Part shown: piece by piece, positions 36,312 to 37,364 of the stretch
How the letters are laid out: each line of letters opens with the position of its first letter
Numbering within the stretch: the stretch's first letter is position 1
Source of the DNA: a virus
Lineage: Duplodnaviria > Heunggongvirae > Uroviricota > Caudoviricetes
Direction: 5' to 3' (one strand)
DNA length: 37,364 nucleotides
Virus record (IMG/VR): IMGVR_UViG_2548876853_000021
Made by a program: the position numbers and the translations under genes
The notes under the pieces: generated by a model
Database searches by the model: none
Seen by the model: the letters and a program-made list of their open reading frames with translations, nothing else
What the model was told of the DNA's origin: nothing

Positions 36312-37364
36312 ATGGCAGTACGAAAACTCAACACAGGTAAATGGATTTGTGAATGCTACCCCGCCGGGCGCAATGGGCGGCGTGTGCGTAAGCAGTTTGC
36401 AACTAAGGGTGAAGCATTGGCTTTTGAGCGTCACACGATGGAAGAAACCGGAGCAAAACCCTGGCTGGGTGAATCAGTGGATCGTCGAACACTGAAAGAC
36501 GTGGTTGAGCTATGGTTCAAACTACATGGTAAATCTCTGACGGCTGGGCAGCATGTCTATGACAAATTGCTGTTGATGGTTGACGCTCTGGGAAATCCCA
36601 TTGCAACCGATCTCACCTCTAAAATGTTTGCCCACTATCGAGATAAACGCCTGACAGGAGAGATCTACTTCAGCGAAAAATGGAAGAAAGGAGCAAGCCC
36701 GGTCACCGTTAACCTAGAGCAAAGCTATCTAAGTAGTGTTTTTAGCGAACTATCCCGCCTGGGCGAATGGTCGTATCCGAACCCACTGGAGAACATGCGA
36801 AAATTCACCATCGCAGAAAAAGAGATGGCATGGCTTACCCATGAACAGATTGTTGAATTGCTGGCTGATTGCAAACGTCAGGACCCAATTCTGGCACTGG
36901 TAGTCAAGATATGCTTAAGCACAGGCGCACGCTGGCGAGAAGCAATAAATCTTACCCGTTCACAGGTGACTAAATACCGAATTACCTTTGTCAGAACGAA
37001 GGGGAAGAAAAACAGAAGCATTCCCATCAGTAAAGAGCTTTACGAAGAGATCATGGCACTTGATGGGTTCAATTTCTTTACAGACTGCTATTTTCAATTT
37101 TTATCCGTGATGGAAAAAACGTCTATCGTGCTCCCTCGCGGTCAACTGACACACGTTCTGCGTCATACGTTTGCGGCGCATTTTATGATGTCGGGTGGAA
37201 ACATCCTGGCCTTACAAAAAATTCTCGGGCATCACGATATAAAAATGACGATGCGTTACGCACATCTGGCACCGGATCATCTGGAAACGGCGCTCCGTTT
37301 CAATCCTCTTGCAACGCTGCCAAGTGGCGACAAAGTGGCGGCAGCGGTTGGCATTACCCCGTAA
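36312..37364 (+). CDS. int: tyrosine integrase (P2-family)
   Basis: 350 aa; N-terminus resembles P2 Int; catalytic R (LSTGARWREA), H-x-x-R (HVLRHTF) and Y (MRYAHL); stop is the last codon of the window. Confidence 0.9.
   Translation: MAVRKLNTGKWICECYPAGRNGRRVRKQFATKGEALAFERHTMEETGAKPWLGESVDRRTLKDVVELWFKLHGKSLTAGQHVYDKLLLMVDALGNPIATDLTSKMFAHYRDKRLTGEIYFSEKWKKGASPVTVNLEQSYLSSVFSELSRLGEWSYPNPLENMRKFTIAEKEMAWLTHEQIVELLADCKRQDPILALVVKICLSTGARWREAINLTRSQVTKYRITFVRTKGKKNRSIPISKELYEEIMALDGFNFFTDCYFQFLSVMEKTSIVLPRGQLTHVLRHTFAAHFMMSGGNILALQKILGHHDIKMTMRYAHLAPDHLETALRFNPLATLPSGDKVAAAVGITP

Larger units (their letters stand above)
2777..37364. mobile_element. P2/186-family prophage; ybjL-proximal junction lies somewhere in 2621-2855, int-proximal end beyond the window
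   Basis: contiguous, syntenic set of P2-like late genes, cos, A, cII/apl/cI and int immediately after host ybjL. Confidence 0.85.

Noticed and set aside
1-37364. CRISPR arrays, IS elements or transposases
   Set aside because: No regularly spaced direct repeats and no transposase-like ORFs; the only recombinases are the phage integrase and the serine invertase.

Overview
Host core genes grxA (+), ybjM (-) and ybjL (+) occupy 1-2620. The rest of the window is an almost complete P2/186-family prophage integrated downstream of ybjL; the window ends exactly at the integrase stop codon, so attL is not visible. The prophage is inverted relative to the usual map: ogr and the late tail, baseplate, lysis and capsid genes (D, U, T, E/E', FII, FI, G, H, I, J, W, V, S, R, lysC/B/A, K, Y, X, L, M, N, O) are on the minus strand, terminase P and portal Q on the plus strand, followed by a putative cos, replication gene A, a Dam methylase, small early genes, a 186-type cII/apl-cI switch and int. 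Accessory content sits at three places: (i) a Hin/Gin-like serine invertase with a ~1.9 kb invertible tail-fibre segment between FI and G; (ii) a 474-aa P-loop NTPase between Q and cos, plus two lipoproteins and a small ORF between cos and A; (iii) an AT-rich two-gene insert between cI and int encoding a small secreted Cys-rich peptide and a KAP-family P-loop NTPase. The third is my top candidate for an undescribed, lysogeny-expressed defence module. Everything is inferred from the supplied ORF translations, motifs and gene order; no database search was run. CDS coordinates come from the ORF track; coordinates of short motifs may be off by 1-2 nt.
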